The position numbers and the translations under genes were made by a program. Shown piece after piece: positions 1-9,037 of a stretch of DNA of 32,443 bases (positions within the stretch are counted from its first letter, which is position 1; each line of letters starts with the position of its first letter). The DNA comes from a virus (Duplodnaviria; Caudoviricetes), in the IMG/VR virus record IMGVR_UViG_3300042923_000056, positions 1 to 32,443 of that record; one strand, 5' to 3'. The notes under the pieces were generated by a model that was not told where the DNA came from, searched no databases, and was given only the letters and a program-made list of their open reading frames with translations.

Positions 1-794
1 GAATCCGGCCGATCCGCCAGCAGATTCTTCCCCGGATTACGCACATACACCGCATTGACGTGTTGCGCCGAGTCTACGTACGGCCAACGTGCGGCGATCT
101 GTTCGGCGGTCATCGTGTCGATTGCGGCGTATTCGGTTGCGGTGATTTCGTATATGTTAAGATCATCGAAATACACCACCATTGTACTTGTACTGCCACA
201 ACCGAAATATAGTGAAAATCCCGTTCCGACGAGAGTATTCCCGGTTGGTATTTTCACATAACAAAGTTGCCATTGACCTACCTTTGCGGTATCCATAGTC
301 GCGGTGTATCTAGCTGTCCCTACTCCATTATCACGGATTTGTAAGAACGCCTCGCCACTAGTAAATGATTCAATATAAGCCCAAAACGCGACTAAGTAAT
401 ATTTTGTCGTATCAAGGGTATTCGAATAATTTTTATAAATGGCGGATGAACTTCCACTGGTTGAAAATTTGATAGAGTTAGTACCACTTCTTTTTTGTGA
501 TGTAGATAGTGCGAATGTTCCTGAACCACCAGCACTCACAAACGGTGTCAGAATCTCGCAATTACCATCTTTCCCAAGCAAATTAAACAACGTCCGCCCC
601 TTAAACGTAAGTGACTTAAACCGCGATTTCCTCGCCGCTGTTACTACGCTTACCCCTTGATTGATGGTTATGGGGGTGCTGGGGGCTGGATCGATTTGCC
701 CGTGAGCGTTCGCAATCCCCTGCTCCCAACGATTCGCATCGTTTTCGGTGACCGTTTCACCGTACTGCCAGTTTGTTTTTGCGCTGTATGCCAT
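1..794 (-). CDS. Tail fibre / receptor-binding protein, N-terminal part (runs off the window edge)
   Basis: Not in ORF track. GGAGG then ATG at 794; read manually as MAYSAKTNWQYGETVTENDANRWEQGIANAH...GRTLFNLLGKDGNCE...RWPYVDSAQHVNAVYVRNPGKNLL, open to the edge; located after the baseplate genes. Confidence 0.8.
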   Translation of the reverse strand, partial: MAYSAKTNWQYGETVTENDANRWEQGIANAHGQIDPAPSTPITINQGVSVVTAARKSRFKSLTFKGRTLFNLLGKDGNCEILTPFVSAGGSGTFALSTSQKRSGTNSIKFSTSGSSSAIYKNYSNTLDTTKYYLVAFWAYIESFTSGEAFLQIRDNGVGTARYTATMDTAKVGQWQLCYVKIPTGNTLVGTGFSLYFGCGSTSTMVVYFDDLNIYEITATEYAAIDTMTAEQIAARWPYVDSAQHVNAVYVRNPGKNLLADRPD

Positions 795-795
795 G

Positions 796-1080
796 CTACA
801 CCTCCATAACCCGAATCGTTTGCTTGATGACTGTGTCCGTGGTAATCGGCACGAAGACATTATTGGAGCTGATCAACTGATTGGCGGCGCTTTTCAGTTC
901 GATTATGGTGATCTCGCTGACCGAGCTGGCCGGGACCAGGTACTCCATCGTTAAGAGATTCGCGGCGGTCTGTTTAATCTCGAAAGACGTGATCACATGC
1001 GCCCCGTTGTTAATCACCACTTTTGCGATCTTGTCGTCCGTATATTCGGTCAGCTCCACCAAATAGGCTTGATCAATCAT
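796..1080 (-). CDS. Small baseplate/tail-fibre-associated protein (94 aa, MIDQAYLVEL...)
   Basis: GGAGG-type RBS, ATGA overlap with XkdU stop, beta-rich sequence, conserved position before fibre gene. Confidence 0.7.
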   Translation of the reverse strand: MIDQAYLVELTEYTDDKIAKVVINNGAHVITSFEIKQTAANLLTMEYLVPASSVSEITIIELKSAANQLISSNNVFVPITTDTVIKQTIRVMEV

Positions 1081-1667
1081 TTCACCTGCACCTCCTGCCC
1101 GCGTACCGCAAATGGCGTCTGGCCGAGCTTCCACGTCGTGCCCAAGTTAGTCATCCGGGTAAGCCCGATCTTAAAGATAGATTCCTGCAAAGCGATGTTC
1201 GCCCCGAGCGCAGTCGATTGGATATAGATCAGGTTGGCCGGTTTGACCGACTTGATCGTATACTCCATTTCCCGGAAGATCGCGGCGTCCGGAATGTCGA
1301 CCGTCACCTTCAGGATAAAATTCTGCACATCGACTTCGACCGTGGCTTTCCCAGCCCCGACGAGGAAATCAAGCCGATTCTGCAAATACCGGATCGTAAA
1401 AGGCGGCTTCGTCGAATACCGGTTAATCAGGCGGATCCTCCGGAAGTCCAATGTTTCCGTCGCCGGGTCTGCCTTAATATTCAACTGCTTCTCGCGGCGC
1501 TTTATAGCATCCAAGCCAGACGTCATAATAAACTGATCATCCAGCAGCTGATCGATCGCAGCGGCTAACGTATCGAGCTCCACATCTTCGGTATCCGTAA
1601 GCTCGACGAAATCTTTGATGTCTTGGTACAGCTCCGGCAAATAGGACATGAGTGGTTTACGCAACAT
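1077..1667 (-). CDS. xkdU: Baseplate protein, XkdU/DUF2313 (YmfQ) family
   Basis: LMSYLPELY...E...LDDQFI.T...RREKQL.I...ETLDFRRIRL...KPPFT...KPANL pattern; follows baseplate J. Confidence 0.85.
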   Translation of the reverse strand: MLRKPLMSYLPELYQDIKDFVELTDTEDVELDTLAAAIDQLLDDQFIMTSGLDAIKRREKQLNIKADPATETLDFRRIRLINRYSTKPPFTIRYLQNRLDFLVGAGKATVEVDVQNFILKVTVDIPDAAIFREMEYTIKSVKPANLIYIQSTALGANIALQESIFKIGLTRMTNLGTTWKLGQTPFAVRGQEVQVK

Positions 1668-2739
1668 GGATCGTCACCGTCCCCATAATAGGGATCTGCT
1701 CGGCTCCGAGCGACAGGTTGCTCGCCAAGGTATTGATCTTCGTCGTCGTGACATCCTCAATGCCGTCCACGCCGAGAATACGGGCCTCGATCTGGCTGAT
1801 CCGGACGACGAGCTGCGTTTCATTTTTCCATGCTTGCCGTAAGGACAGCAGGTAGTCCGAAATCACTCCTTCGATCTCGTCCTCGACTTGTCCAATCACA
1901 ACGCCGCTGGCAAGGGTAACCGTAGTCTCCACGTTTACGGTAACCACCTGTACGGCGGCGATCGTCACGCTATGGCCGATCGGGGCGAGCCCGATCCCTT
2001 CCCCGCTGTTTGTGATCGGGTCGATGATGGTCTGGACGTCGTCTACGAGCTGCGATGATGGAACGGTAAAGTCGCTTGCGATAATCGTACATTTGACCGT
2101 GCCGCCCCCTTGCCATGCCGGGAACACCTTCACGCCACCGACACCCGGTATATCTTCGATCTTACGTTTGTAGTCGGCCACATTACCGCCAAAGGGCTGC
2201 TCATTGATCGCGGCCATATACCGCGCCCGCAGAGCTGCGTCCGTCTCCTCGTCTTCTCCCGGGACCAGCACATCCGCCAGCTCGGCCCGAGAGAGGCCGG
2301 CTACATAGTCGATTGGGAGCATGACACCGAAGGACGTATTGCCGATGGTTCCGACCTGCTCGGCTTCAACGATAAATTGACCTGTAGTGATCTGCTCGAG
2401 CACTATATAATTCACTCCGCCAAGGCTGTATCGGCTTCCGATCGGTACGTCAAACGGAGCGTTTGCGCTGTTGTAAAATAGCCCTTTCCGCTTGGCCTTG
2501 GTCGCGGCTTCTCGGTTGATGCCGTATTCCGCAGCCCGTCGTTCCAGATATTCACCGGTTGCCGTGTCGGCAAAGGACAGGTCCCTGTTGATGTCTAGCT
2601 CGATATACATTTGCGCAAGCTCCGCTGCAGCCGGTGCGAGTGCATCGTAGATGATCGAACCGGGGCGTTTGTCCACGTCATTCGATACACTATCCAACAT
2701 GCGGTTTAAAATCGTTTGTTCATCCTGCGATTCATACAT
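1657..2739 (-). CDS. xkdT: Baseplate J-like wedge protein (XkdT)
   Basis: DKRPGSIIYDALAPAAAELA, TATGEYLE, GEDEETDAALRAR, GGNVADYK, GLAPIGHSVT motifs. Confidence 0.93.
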   Translation of the reverse strand: MYESQDEQTILNRMLDSVSNDVDKRPGSIIYDALAPAAAELAQMYIELDINRDLSFADTATGEYLERRAAEYGINREAATKAKRKGLFYNSANAPFDVPIGSRYSLGGVNYIVLEQITTGQFIVEAEQVGTIGNTSFGVMLPIDYVAGLSRAELADVLVPGEDEETDAALRARYMAAINEQPFGGNVADYKRKIEDIPGVGGVKVFPAWQGGGTVKCTIIASDFTVPSSQLVDDVQTIIDPITNSGEGIGLAPIGHSVTIAAVQVVTVNVETTVTLASGVVIGQVEDEIEGVISDYLLSLRQAWKNETQLVVRISQIEARILGVDGIEDVTTTKINTLASNLSLGAEQIPIMGTVTIHVA

Positions 2740-3140
2740 TACCTCGGCACCCCCTGCGACATCTGAAACGTCCCGTATTGTGTTATGACCGTGAACTCGA
2801 TCAGCATCGAATCCCCGTTAATCTCGACACTCACGTTTTCTACGCCGCGGATCCGGTCATCGGGTAGTAGTGCTTCCTGAATGATCCGAGCGGCTTCGGA
2901 CTGCACGAACAACGGGCTTACACCGACCAAACCGTTCAGTTCATGGCCGTAATTGAAACTGTAGATCAAATAGCGAAAACGCTCGGTTTGCAGGATCTTA
3001 AGCACGGCCTGCTTGACCGCATCCAGATTATCGATCATGCCCGTAACCCGGCCCTGCTCCAGATCAAGCCGCCATGTCCGAGACGGCTGCTGCACGGCTT
3101 GCACTTGGGCGTTTCTCAGGGTGCTGCCTGTCGGGATCAT
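2739..3140 (-). CDS. xkdS: Baseplate gp25-like protein, XkdS/DUF2634
   Basis: DNLDAVKQAVLKILQTERFRYLIYSFNYGHEL...EALLPDDRI...FTVITQYG. Confidence 0.9.
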   Translation of the reverse strand: MIPTGSTLRNAQVQAVQQPSRTWRLDLEQGRVTGMIDNLDAVKQAVLKILQTERFRYLIYSFNYGHELNGLVGVSPLFVQSEAARIIQEALLPDDRIRGVENVSVEINGDSMLIEFTVITQYGTFQMSQGVPR

Positions 3141-3484
3141 CCGCTCACCACCTTGTCCAGTATGAGGTACTGCTGCCCGCCTTGGATCCGGAGCAACACG
3201 ACCTTGTCGCCTATCTGCAGCCCCGGACGGATGACGATTTTGTCCGCCAGCGCCTCGCCAGTTGTGCCGGACGCTCCATCATCCGTATACGAATGGCTGT
3301 GTTTCAGGTCCACCTCATACCTGGTCAGGCTTTCCGGGACAATCAAAAAATCCGCATCGAGGGGGAAACGTTGGTCGACGTTCACCTCGAGCGGATCTGT
3401 TGCGGTTATCTCGCCGTAAAGGATATTAACCGGGCTGCCGGCTTCGACTGCCTCCTTGGCGGCTTGCTTAATGATGTCCAGCAT
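3137..3484 (-). CDS. xkdR: Baseplate spike-like protein, XkdR/DUF2577
   Basis: Start reassigned to MLDIIKQAA (3484); PLEVNVDQR...LIVPESL...GLQIGDKVVLLRIQGGQQYLILDKV. Confidence 0.88.
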   Translation of the reverse strand: MLDIIKQAAKEAVEAGSPVNILYGEITATDPLEVNVDQRFPLDADFLIVPESLTRYEVDLKHSHSYTDDGASGTTGEALADKIVIRPGLQIGDKVVLLRIQGGQQYLILDKVVSG

Positions 3485-4449
3485 CAAATCACCTTCAGTT
3501 GAATTTGCATGGTGTGATCTTCCCCGTCGTACCGGTGAACGCATTCGTCGATGAGGAAAAACTGGTTGACCCCGTATTCCTCGATATTGACGGGTACATA
3601 GCAGCCGGCGCGCACCTGAGAGTCGCCGATCGCTTCGAGCTGCAGGCTGCGGGCCTCCCGGTTTTTTAGGGCCATGAGCTGTTGTAGAAGCTCGTTGATC
3701 TGCGCCGCGTTTTTTTCCTCATCCACGGTTTGGTACAGCTGCAGCGTCCCCCAACGGGCGATATTGGCGCTGTCCTGCGCGATATAGACGTCACGCCTGC
3801 CCGTCTCCTTGTTGTCGCGCACCAGTTTGACCTTGTTGTACGTGTCCGTATCGATCGATTGCTTGTAGCCGTAATCGATCAGGCTGCCGTTGCCTAACAG
3901 GAGATCGACGCGCATGTCTTCCACGTTTCGGAGCGTCAACGAGCCGAAATCGTCGAAAAATACGTATATCCGGTTCGTGTTCATGATCGTTTGCGTAATC
4001 GCCTTCTCGATGATGTCGAGTAGTGTCTGCCCATCTTCAACCATCGTCGGGATCCTGTAGCCGGTGTCGGCCAGCACGCCCGTGGTCAGATTAAAATCGT
4101 CAGCGATTTGCTTGACCACATCGGCTACGGTGACGTTTTTAAAAACATAGGTATCGGTCGCCAGCAGATACCGCACCTGGTCGTATGCGAGGATCTTCGC
4201 GTCTTCGTCCTTCCCGCTGTCAATCGAAAAGATGTACCCGTAAAATACATTGTGCTGGCCGTCACGAAATCGGATGATGTCGCCGTTACTGTAGCGGAAT
4301 GCCGTGTCCTGAGAGAACGAGTTTTTGATCATCGTAAACTCCAGACTTGCCGGACGCCCGCTGCGTGTCGTCTTCCACGAGATGTCCGATGCGATACTCG
4401 AGATATCCCATACGTTGCCGTCCTTATTGTCCAGCAGGAGCTCAAGCAT
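3484..4449 (-). CDS. xkdQ: Baseplate hub protein, XkdQ/YqbQ family
   Basis: FYGYIF, AYDQVRYL, YVFFDDFGSLTL, SIDTDTYNKVKL, DSANIARWGTLQ; synteny. Confidence 0.88.
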   Translation of the reverse strand: MLELLLDNKDGNVWDISSIASDISWKTTRSGRPASLEFTMIKNSFSQDTAFRYSNGDIIRFRDGQHNVFYGYIFSIDSGKDEDAKILAYDQVRYLLATDTYVFKNVTVADVVKQIADDFNLTTGVLADTGYRIPTMVEDGQTLLDIIEKAITQTIMNTNRIYVFFDDFGSLTLRNVEDMRVDLLLGNGSLIDYGYKQSIDTDTYNKVKLVRDNKETGRRDVYIAQDSANIARWGTLQLYQTVDEEKNAAQINELLQQLMALKNREARSLQLEAIGDSQVRAGCYVPVNIEEYGVNQFFLIDECVHRYDGEDHTMQIQLKVI

Positions 4450-5140
4450 TCACCGTCCCTCCCGTCTCGGGGAGCCGGAGCTCGTAACCGATCGGCAGTG
4501 CCTTGACTTGCGCATCGGAAAGCCCGTTCAGCTGCTGCAGCTCCCGCCATCGGGCACCGTCATCGAAAAACCGCTTGGCGATCGCCCAAAGCGTATCCCC
4601 TGCCACGATCGTATACGTACTCGGCGGCAGACGGTCGTTCGGGCGTGTTTGCGGCTCCGGCTGGATAACCTCGGACATAACCCCATTGACGACCCGGGAC
4701 GCCACTGTGACGCGCTGGGCAGCGTAAAAGACGTACCGTTTCAGCCGCAAGGTATAATCGATGTCGCCCCCGGAGCCGGCCGCCTCCTTCCAGCGGAATT
4801 CTTCGATGCTTGCTGCGACATTCAGGTCGAATGAAGGCCCGGTAAAAACAAAGCGGATGGGCCGCTTGGACGCCATCCACGATTCGATATAGTCGATATA
4901 GAGTTGCGGATCCAGCAAGATCGGCGCGGTCACAAACGGCGAAGGCGCCGCGGGGAAGAAACTCGAAAACGAGTACTCCGTCAGCTTTGGGCTCTTGATG
5001 ACATTGATCTCGCCAAGACCGGCGACGTCGTAGGTCCGGCCGTTCACGCCGTCGCTGATCTCGATGGATCCCGGGTTGACAGGGAGCTGAAAGCCCTCCT
5101 GCTGATTGTTAAAGGATAACCAAAAGCCGTAGTCAGCCAT
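4442..5140 (-). CDS. xkdP: Tail tube initiator with C-terminal LysM domain (XkdP-like)
   Basis: QLPVNP...GLGEINVIK...FSSFFP N-terminus; LysM YTIVAGDTLWAIAKRFF...LNGL...IGYELRLP. Confidence 0.9.
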   Translation of the reverse strand: MADYGFWLSFNNQQEGFQLPVNPGSIEISDGVNGRTYDVAGLGEINVIKSPKLTEYSFSSFFPAAPSPFVTAPILLDPQLYIDYIESWMASKRPIRFVFTGPSFDLNVAASIEEFRWKEAAGSGGDIDYTLRLKRYVFYAAQRVTVASRVVNGVMSEVIQPEPQTRPNDRLPPSTYTIVAGDTLWAIAKRFFDDGARWRELQQLNGLSDAQVKALPIGYELRLPETGGTVNA

Positions 5141-5155
5141 TATAGCCTCCTCCCT

Positions 5156-5482
5156 TTAATGCCGTTTCCAGTAGAGTCCAATCTCTTGTAACTGCTTTTT
5201 TAATTTAAAATTCATTATGTTTGGCTGCTCTAAAACGTGGTCGGGGAGATCAATCCAAACTGCTTGTTTTGGGTACTCCAATCCTTCTGCATATCGAAAG
5301 ACGAGCTCAGACGCTTCATGTAATGTCAGTCTGTTTATTGATTCGAGCCCAAGTCCATTCTTAAAGTGAACATGGAGTGTGTATTTACCTTCTGAATCAG
5401 CTAAAGCAACAATCAATTTGCCCGGAAACATTTCTAACGGGTTATGACTTGAAAGCTCGTATGTCCGAAATTCTAGTTTCAT
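5156..5482 (-). CDS. Hypothetical AT-rich accessory protein (108 aa)
   Basis: ATGA overlap with tape measure stop; visibly lower GC than flanks; no recognised motif. Confidence 0.7.
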   Translation of the reverse strand: MKLEFRTYELSSHNPLEMFPGKLIVALADSEGKYTLHVHFKNGLGLESINRLTLHEASELVFRYAEGLEYPKQAVWIDLPDHVLEQPNIMNFKLKKQLQEIGLYWKRH

Positions 5483-7491
5483 ACTTGGAATATCCCCTTT
5501 GCAGATGATGCTAATTCTTGTTCCAGTGCTACTGCGATACGGTTTTTGATAGTTTCAATATCATAGCCATTATTGACATTACCAGTATGAACCAAATTCG
5601 CCGTTGGCTGCAAGGTTATAAAATTCTGAACGCTTTTCATTTCCGCCAGCTCGCGCATCATGCGCAGGTCCTCACTGGAAATGTCGACTGAGTCCTTGAT
5701 CTTGCCGACCTCGCCGACGCTGTTGATCCGCTCGATGTCCGCAGCGCTGTTCCAAGCCGTGAAGTCGAATTTCTCCTCTTTCGCGGTCTGCTCCGTTGCC
5801 CGTTTCGCCGCCCGACTGCTCAGCATATCGAGAACCTTTTGTTCGCGGGCCGCAGCTTTTGCAGCAGCGCTGCCTTCCATATCGGTAAGGGCGTCTTCTC
5901 CTGCTTGTTTCAAGTAAGCGGCTTGTGCGGCGGCAGTGGCGGCAAATTCGACATGTGTAATAGCTTTAAGCGAGATACCTGGTAGGTCACCGAGTTTTTC
6001 AATTAATCCGTTTATGCGATCAATCACACCGTTGATCATGTCTTCCATGAGTTGCAGTGACTTGACCTTTGCCCATTCGAAAACATTCACAATCCCATTA
6101 CCAACCCGTTGAAAGAATATCGGGACCTGGTCGAAAAAATTAAGGACCATATTCCACGCCCGCATAAAGCCGGCTGCGAAATCGTCGTTGGTCTTCCAAA
6201 GTTGCACTAACCACGTAATAAGACCAATTACCAAAGATACGATCAAGATGATGACATTGGCCTTCATGACTTTATTTAGCGTCGCCCACGCGGCCGCTAA
6301 TCCATGTGTCGCCAGTGTCTGCGCGAATAAGGCAAACGTACCGGTACCCGTCGCAAACGCCATAACCTTTTGGGCCAATGCCTGACCACGGGTCGCAAGC
6401 GTCCAAGCCGCCATCGCTGCAACGATGCCCCAAAGGATCGGCTCAATCGATCCCCAGTTGTTCGAAAAGAAATAATAGATCTGACTGAGGACGCTAAGTA
6501 GCCATACGGCCCCATTCGCTGCCGCCGACAGCCCGTTGCTTAACAAATCGAACAACGGCTGGAACTTGCCAGCTTGGGAAGCTTGGTTTAGCATGACGAT
6601 CAATGGGAGTAAAGCTTTCGTTGCCGCCGATCCCGCATTCGCGAATCCGGACCGCATATTGTTCTGAAATATTTCGAGTTGCTTTGCTGGGGAAGAAAGC
6701 ATTTTTTCAAACGCCGCTTGCCCCATCTTTTGTTTTTCCATCAACTTGTCGAAGGCCGTAAGGAATCCGTTGATGTCGCCTTTATTGGCAAAATCGGTAA
6801 TTTTAAATGCCCGAATATCCGACTTCGACATGTTAAAGCGTTCGGCCAAGGATACAATATCGCCGCTCAGCGCTTCTTTCAAAGCAAAGGCTGCACCTTC
6901 GATTCCGTTCCCCGCACTGTCGAAGGCATTAAGACGCTGGGCGAGATTGTTCAATTTGGATAGCTGCTCGGTATTCTGCGTGGCCGAGAAAAACGACATT
7001 GTACTTTGCAGGGACTTGTTAACGTCCTGTCCGGTCGCAAGTGCTTCCGCCTTAAATTGCTGAAACATTGCGTGTCCGATGCTATCGCTACCTGTCCGAG
7101 CTTTGAACATATCCTCCATTTTCTGTTGTTCCATTGCCCCGCCGATCGTGGCTGCTCCGAGCTTTTTCAACCCCTCAATCGTAATGTACGTAGCCGCTAT
7201 GCCCTTGACGGTTTGCAGGAGTCCGGACGTGCTCTTCTCAGCTTTTTGGACCGTTCGCTCGTACTGCTCTTGTGCCTTCGTCGCTTCCGCTATGGAACGG
7301 GTGATCTCATCCTCCGCGGCCGATATCTTCCCCTTGGCAGCCGTAATCATTTTCCCTACTTTCGCATCACGTTCCGTCGTCTTCTGCATTTGCTCCATAG
7401 CAGAGATCAGGAGATTCATGCCTTGTGTGATGTTCTGCAGGGGTCTTGTGATTGCGTCAAACATTTTAAGCGTCGATGTAATGGTCGCCAA
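5479..7491 (-). CDS. Tail tape measure protein (670 aa)
   Basis: Ala-rich helical protein with hydrophobic segments; GIEGAAFALKEALSGDIVSLAERFN; C-terminal VDISSEDLRMMRELAE; TTG start after GGAGG. Confidence 0.9.
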   Translation of the reverse strand: MATITSTLKMFDAITRPLQNITQGMNLLISAMEQMQKTTERDAKVGKMITAAKGKISAAEDEITRSIAEATKAQEQYERTVQKAEKSTSGLLQTVKGIAATYITIEGLKKLGAATIGGAMEQQKMEDMFKARTGSDSIGHAMFQQFKAEALATGQDVNKSLQSTMSFFSATQNTEQLSKLNNLAQRLNAFDSAGNGIEGAAFALKEALSGDIVSLAERFNMSKSDIRAFKITDFANKGDINGFLTAFDKLMEKQKMGQAAFEKMLSSPAKQLEIFQNNMRSGFANAGSAATKALLPLIVMLNQASQAGKFQPLFDLLSNGLSAAANGAVWLLSVLSQIYYFFSNNWGSIEPILWGIVAAMAAWTLATRGQALAQKVMAFATGTGTFALFAQTLATHGLAAAWATLNKVMKANVIILIVSLVIGLITWLVQLWKTNDDFAAGFMRAWNMVLNFFDQVPIFFQRVGNGIVNVFEWAKVKSLQLMEDMINGVIDRINGLIEKLGDLPGISLKAITHVEFAATAAAQAAYLKQAGEDALTDMEGSAAAKAAAREQKVLDMLSSRAAKRATEQTAKEEKFDFTAWNSAADIERINSVGEVGKIKDSVDISSEDLRMMRELAEMKSVQNFITLQPTANLVHTGNVNNGYDIETIKNRIAVALEQELASSAKGIFQV

Positions 7492-7516
7492 CCGTTTGCC
7501 CTCCTTTCGAGGGAAA

Positions 7517-7547
7517 TATAAAAAGCACCCCCGCCTAGAGAGTGCTT
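7517..7547 (-). terminator. Intrinsic terminator after the lipoprotein moron
   Basis: Minus strand AAGCACTCTC-TAGGC-GGGGGTGCTT followed by TTTATA. Confidence 0.7.
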
Positions 7548-7556
7548 GTGATCGTC

Positions 7557-7910
7557 TTATTTTACGTTTTTGAAAATTTCTTTGGCTTTATCATAATTAG
7601 CTTCCAACAAGAACCGCCCATTTGCTGGCCAATCTTTCAACATTTCATCTTTCTTAATCGCTTCCTTCATATCTTTCTCTGTTTTATACTCATATATCTT
7701 GACCTGATAGGTATCCATATAAAAATAGACCCCATCGGATGCGCCGACTATTTGAAACATTTGCTTTTTACCGGGTTCAACCGTAACCCCTGCATCCGTA
7801 TACGCCTTTATAAACGAATCCAAGGTCAATGTACTCTTTGGCTCGGAGGACGAACAGCCCCCAATGACAAATGCGATCGTCAACAAACACAGTAAAAGGA
7901 TTTTTCTCAT
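7557..7910 (-). CDS. Lipoprotein moron (117 aa), candidate superinfection exclusion
   Basis: Signal peptide II MRKILLLCLLTIAFVIGG-C; AT-rich; own promoter-like and terminator signals. Confidence 0.8.
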   Translation of the reverse strand: MRKILLLCLLTIAFVIGGCSSSEPKSTLTLDSFIKAYTDAGVTVEPGKKQMFQIVGASDGVYFYMDTYQVKIYEYKTEKDMKEAIKKDEMLKDWPANGRFLLEANYDKAKEIFKNVK

Positions 7911-7934
7911 AATGCCCCTCCCCGTTAATGGACA

Positions 7935-7957
7935 ATTTTACCACACGCATTATATCA
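7935..7957 (-). promoter_or_regulatory. SigA-type extended -10 promoter(s) for the lipoprotein moron
   Basis: TGATATAAT (7957-7949) and TGGTAAAAT (7943-7935) upstream of GGGAGG RBS. Confidence 0.65.
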
Positions 7958-7978
7958 CATCTTTACGGGGCAGGGACA

Positions 7979-8146
7979 TTACCGTTTCGCAGCAGCCTTC
8001 TTTTCGGCGGCCATCCGTTCATCAACCGCGGCCATTACGAAGGCCCGTTCCTCACGTGGGAGCGACAAGAACTCGCTCGGCCATTTGTTGAATTTGTGGA
8101 GGGCGTAGTAGGCATAGTTCGCGTCCGCATCGCCCTCCTTGATTAG
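7979..8146 (-). CDS. -1 frameshift extension of the tail assembly chaperone (GT-like product, 55 aa extension)
   Basis: Slippery A AAA AAC at 8152-8146 just before the XkdN stop; -1 frame reads LIKEGDADANYAYYALHKFNKWPSEFLSLPREERAFVMAAVDERMAAEKKAAAKR*. Confidence 0.82.
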   Translation of the reverse strand, partial: LIKEGDADANYAYYALHKFNKWPSEFLSLPREERAFVMAAVDERMAAEKKAAAKR

Positions 8147-8553
8147 TTTTTTGCTGTTTCGATCATATCTTCCATGCTGCGGCCGAAGCCGGACAAAAGT
8201 TGAATCTGCTCGGACAGCTCGGCCACTTCACCCGGCAGCAGCACCCGGTTGAGGTAATCCGAAGGAGTAATGCAGCCGAGTTTCTGAATGCTGGCCGCGT
8301 CTTTGAAATCTGGCATGACGGTATGATCGATCACGATTGTCTCGTTAAACTTTTGAGCGTCCAATTCTACTTTTCCGCCTTTGCGGATGTTCGTGGATTT
8401 TTTTCGGATATCTTCGAAGGTGCTACCTTTCATCGCCCGAATCGTAAATTTCAGCAGGTTACCATCCGCATCCTTGAATCGATCCGAAATGGCTACTTCA
8501 CCTGTTACATTGTCGACGGGGTTGCTATTGAGAAAATCCTGCAAAGTAGACAT
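8143..8553 (-). CDS. xkdN: Tail assembly chaperone, XkdN-like
   Basis: ISDRFKDADG...FTIRAM...PDFKDA...LLPGEVAEL...LSGF...AKN; lies between tube and tape measure. Confidence 0.88.
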   Translation of the reverse strand: MSTLQDFLNSNPVDNVTGEVAISDRFKDADGNLLKFTIRAMKGSTFEDIRKKSTNIRKGGKVELDAQKFNETIVIDHTVMPDFKDAASIQKLGCITPSDYLNRVLLPGEVAELSEQIQLLSGFGRSMEDMIETAKN

Positions 8554-8571
8554 GGGTTAATCCTCCTTGGT

Positions 8572-9036
8572 TTATACGCCCGTAAGCGCATTGAATTGGT
8601 CGAGTATATCGTAATCCGAGAATGTGAAAGACAGTTCCTCGTCCATCATGTCATCGGATGTACTGTCGAACTTGGCTGCGATCAGGCTGTCCAGGTTGCA
8701 ACCCTTGAGCACGACCGTTTGCCTGCCTGTACCGGAAGTCGGGTCCTCGTTGATGACTTGCAGATCAAAGTTGAAATCCCGACCCGTTTTGACGTAGGTC
8801 AGCATGAGGTTCCGAAAAACGGAGGAAACGTAATAGACAGTCAGTGTCCCTGTGCCGTTCCATCCGCTGGACTTCTTGCCGACGTTTGTCCGGCCGAGTG
8901 TTGGCACATCAGCCTTGTTTTTCTCGAGCGAAGCCTCGAGACTCTTGGCGTAAAACAGCTCCTCTACGCGGCCGTTAACAGTCGCGAATGCCTTCGCCAT
9001 CTTACCGGATATCGCATCTTCCTCACGGAAAAACAT
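8572..9036 (-). CDS. xkdM: Tail tube protein, XkdM/DUF2001
   Basis: DAISGK, GWNGTGTLTVYYVSSVFR, NEDPTSGTGRQTVVLKGCNLD, FTFSDY. Confidence 0.93.
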   Translation of the reverse strand: MFFREEDAISGKMAKAFATVNGRVEELFYAKSLEASLEKNKADVPTLGRTNVGKKSSGWNGTGTLTVYYVSSVFRNLMLTYVKTGRDFNFDLQVINEDPTSGTGRQTVVLKGCNLDSLIAAKFDSTSDDMMDEELSFTFSDYDILDQFNALTGV

Positions 9037-9037
9037 G

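Noticed and set aside
1-794. Diversity-generating retroelement or invertible fibre cassette
   Set aside because: No reverse transcriptase, invertase or TR/VR repeat pair visible; the rest of the fibre gene is outside the window
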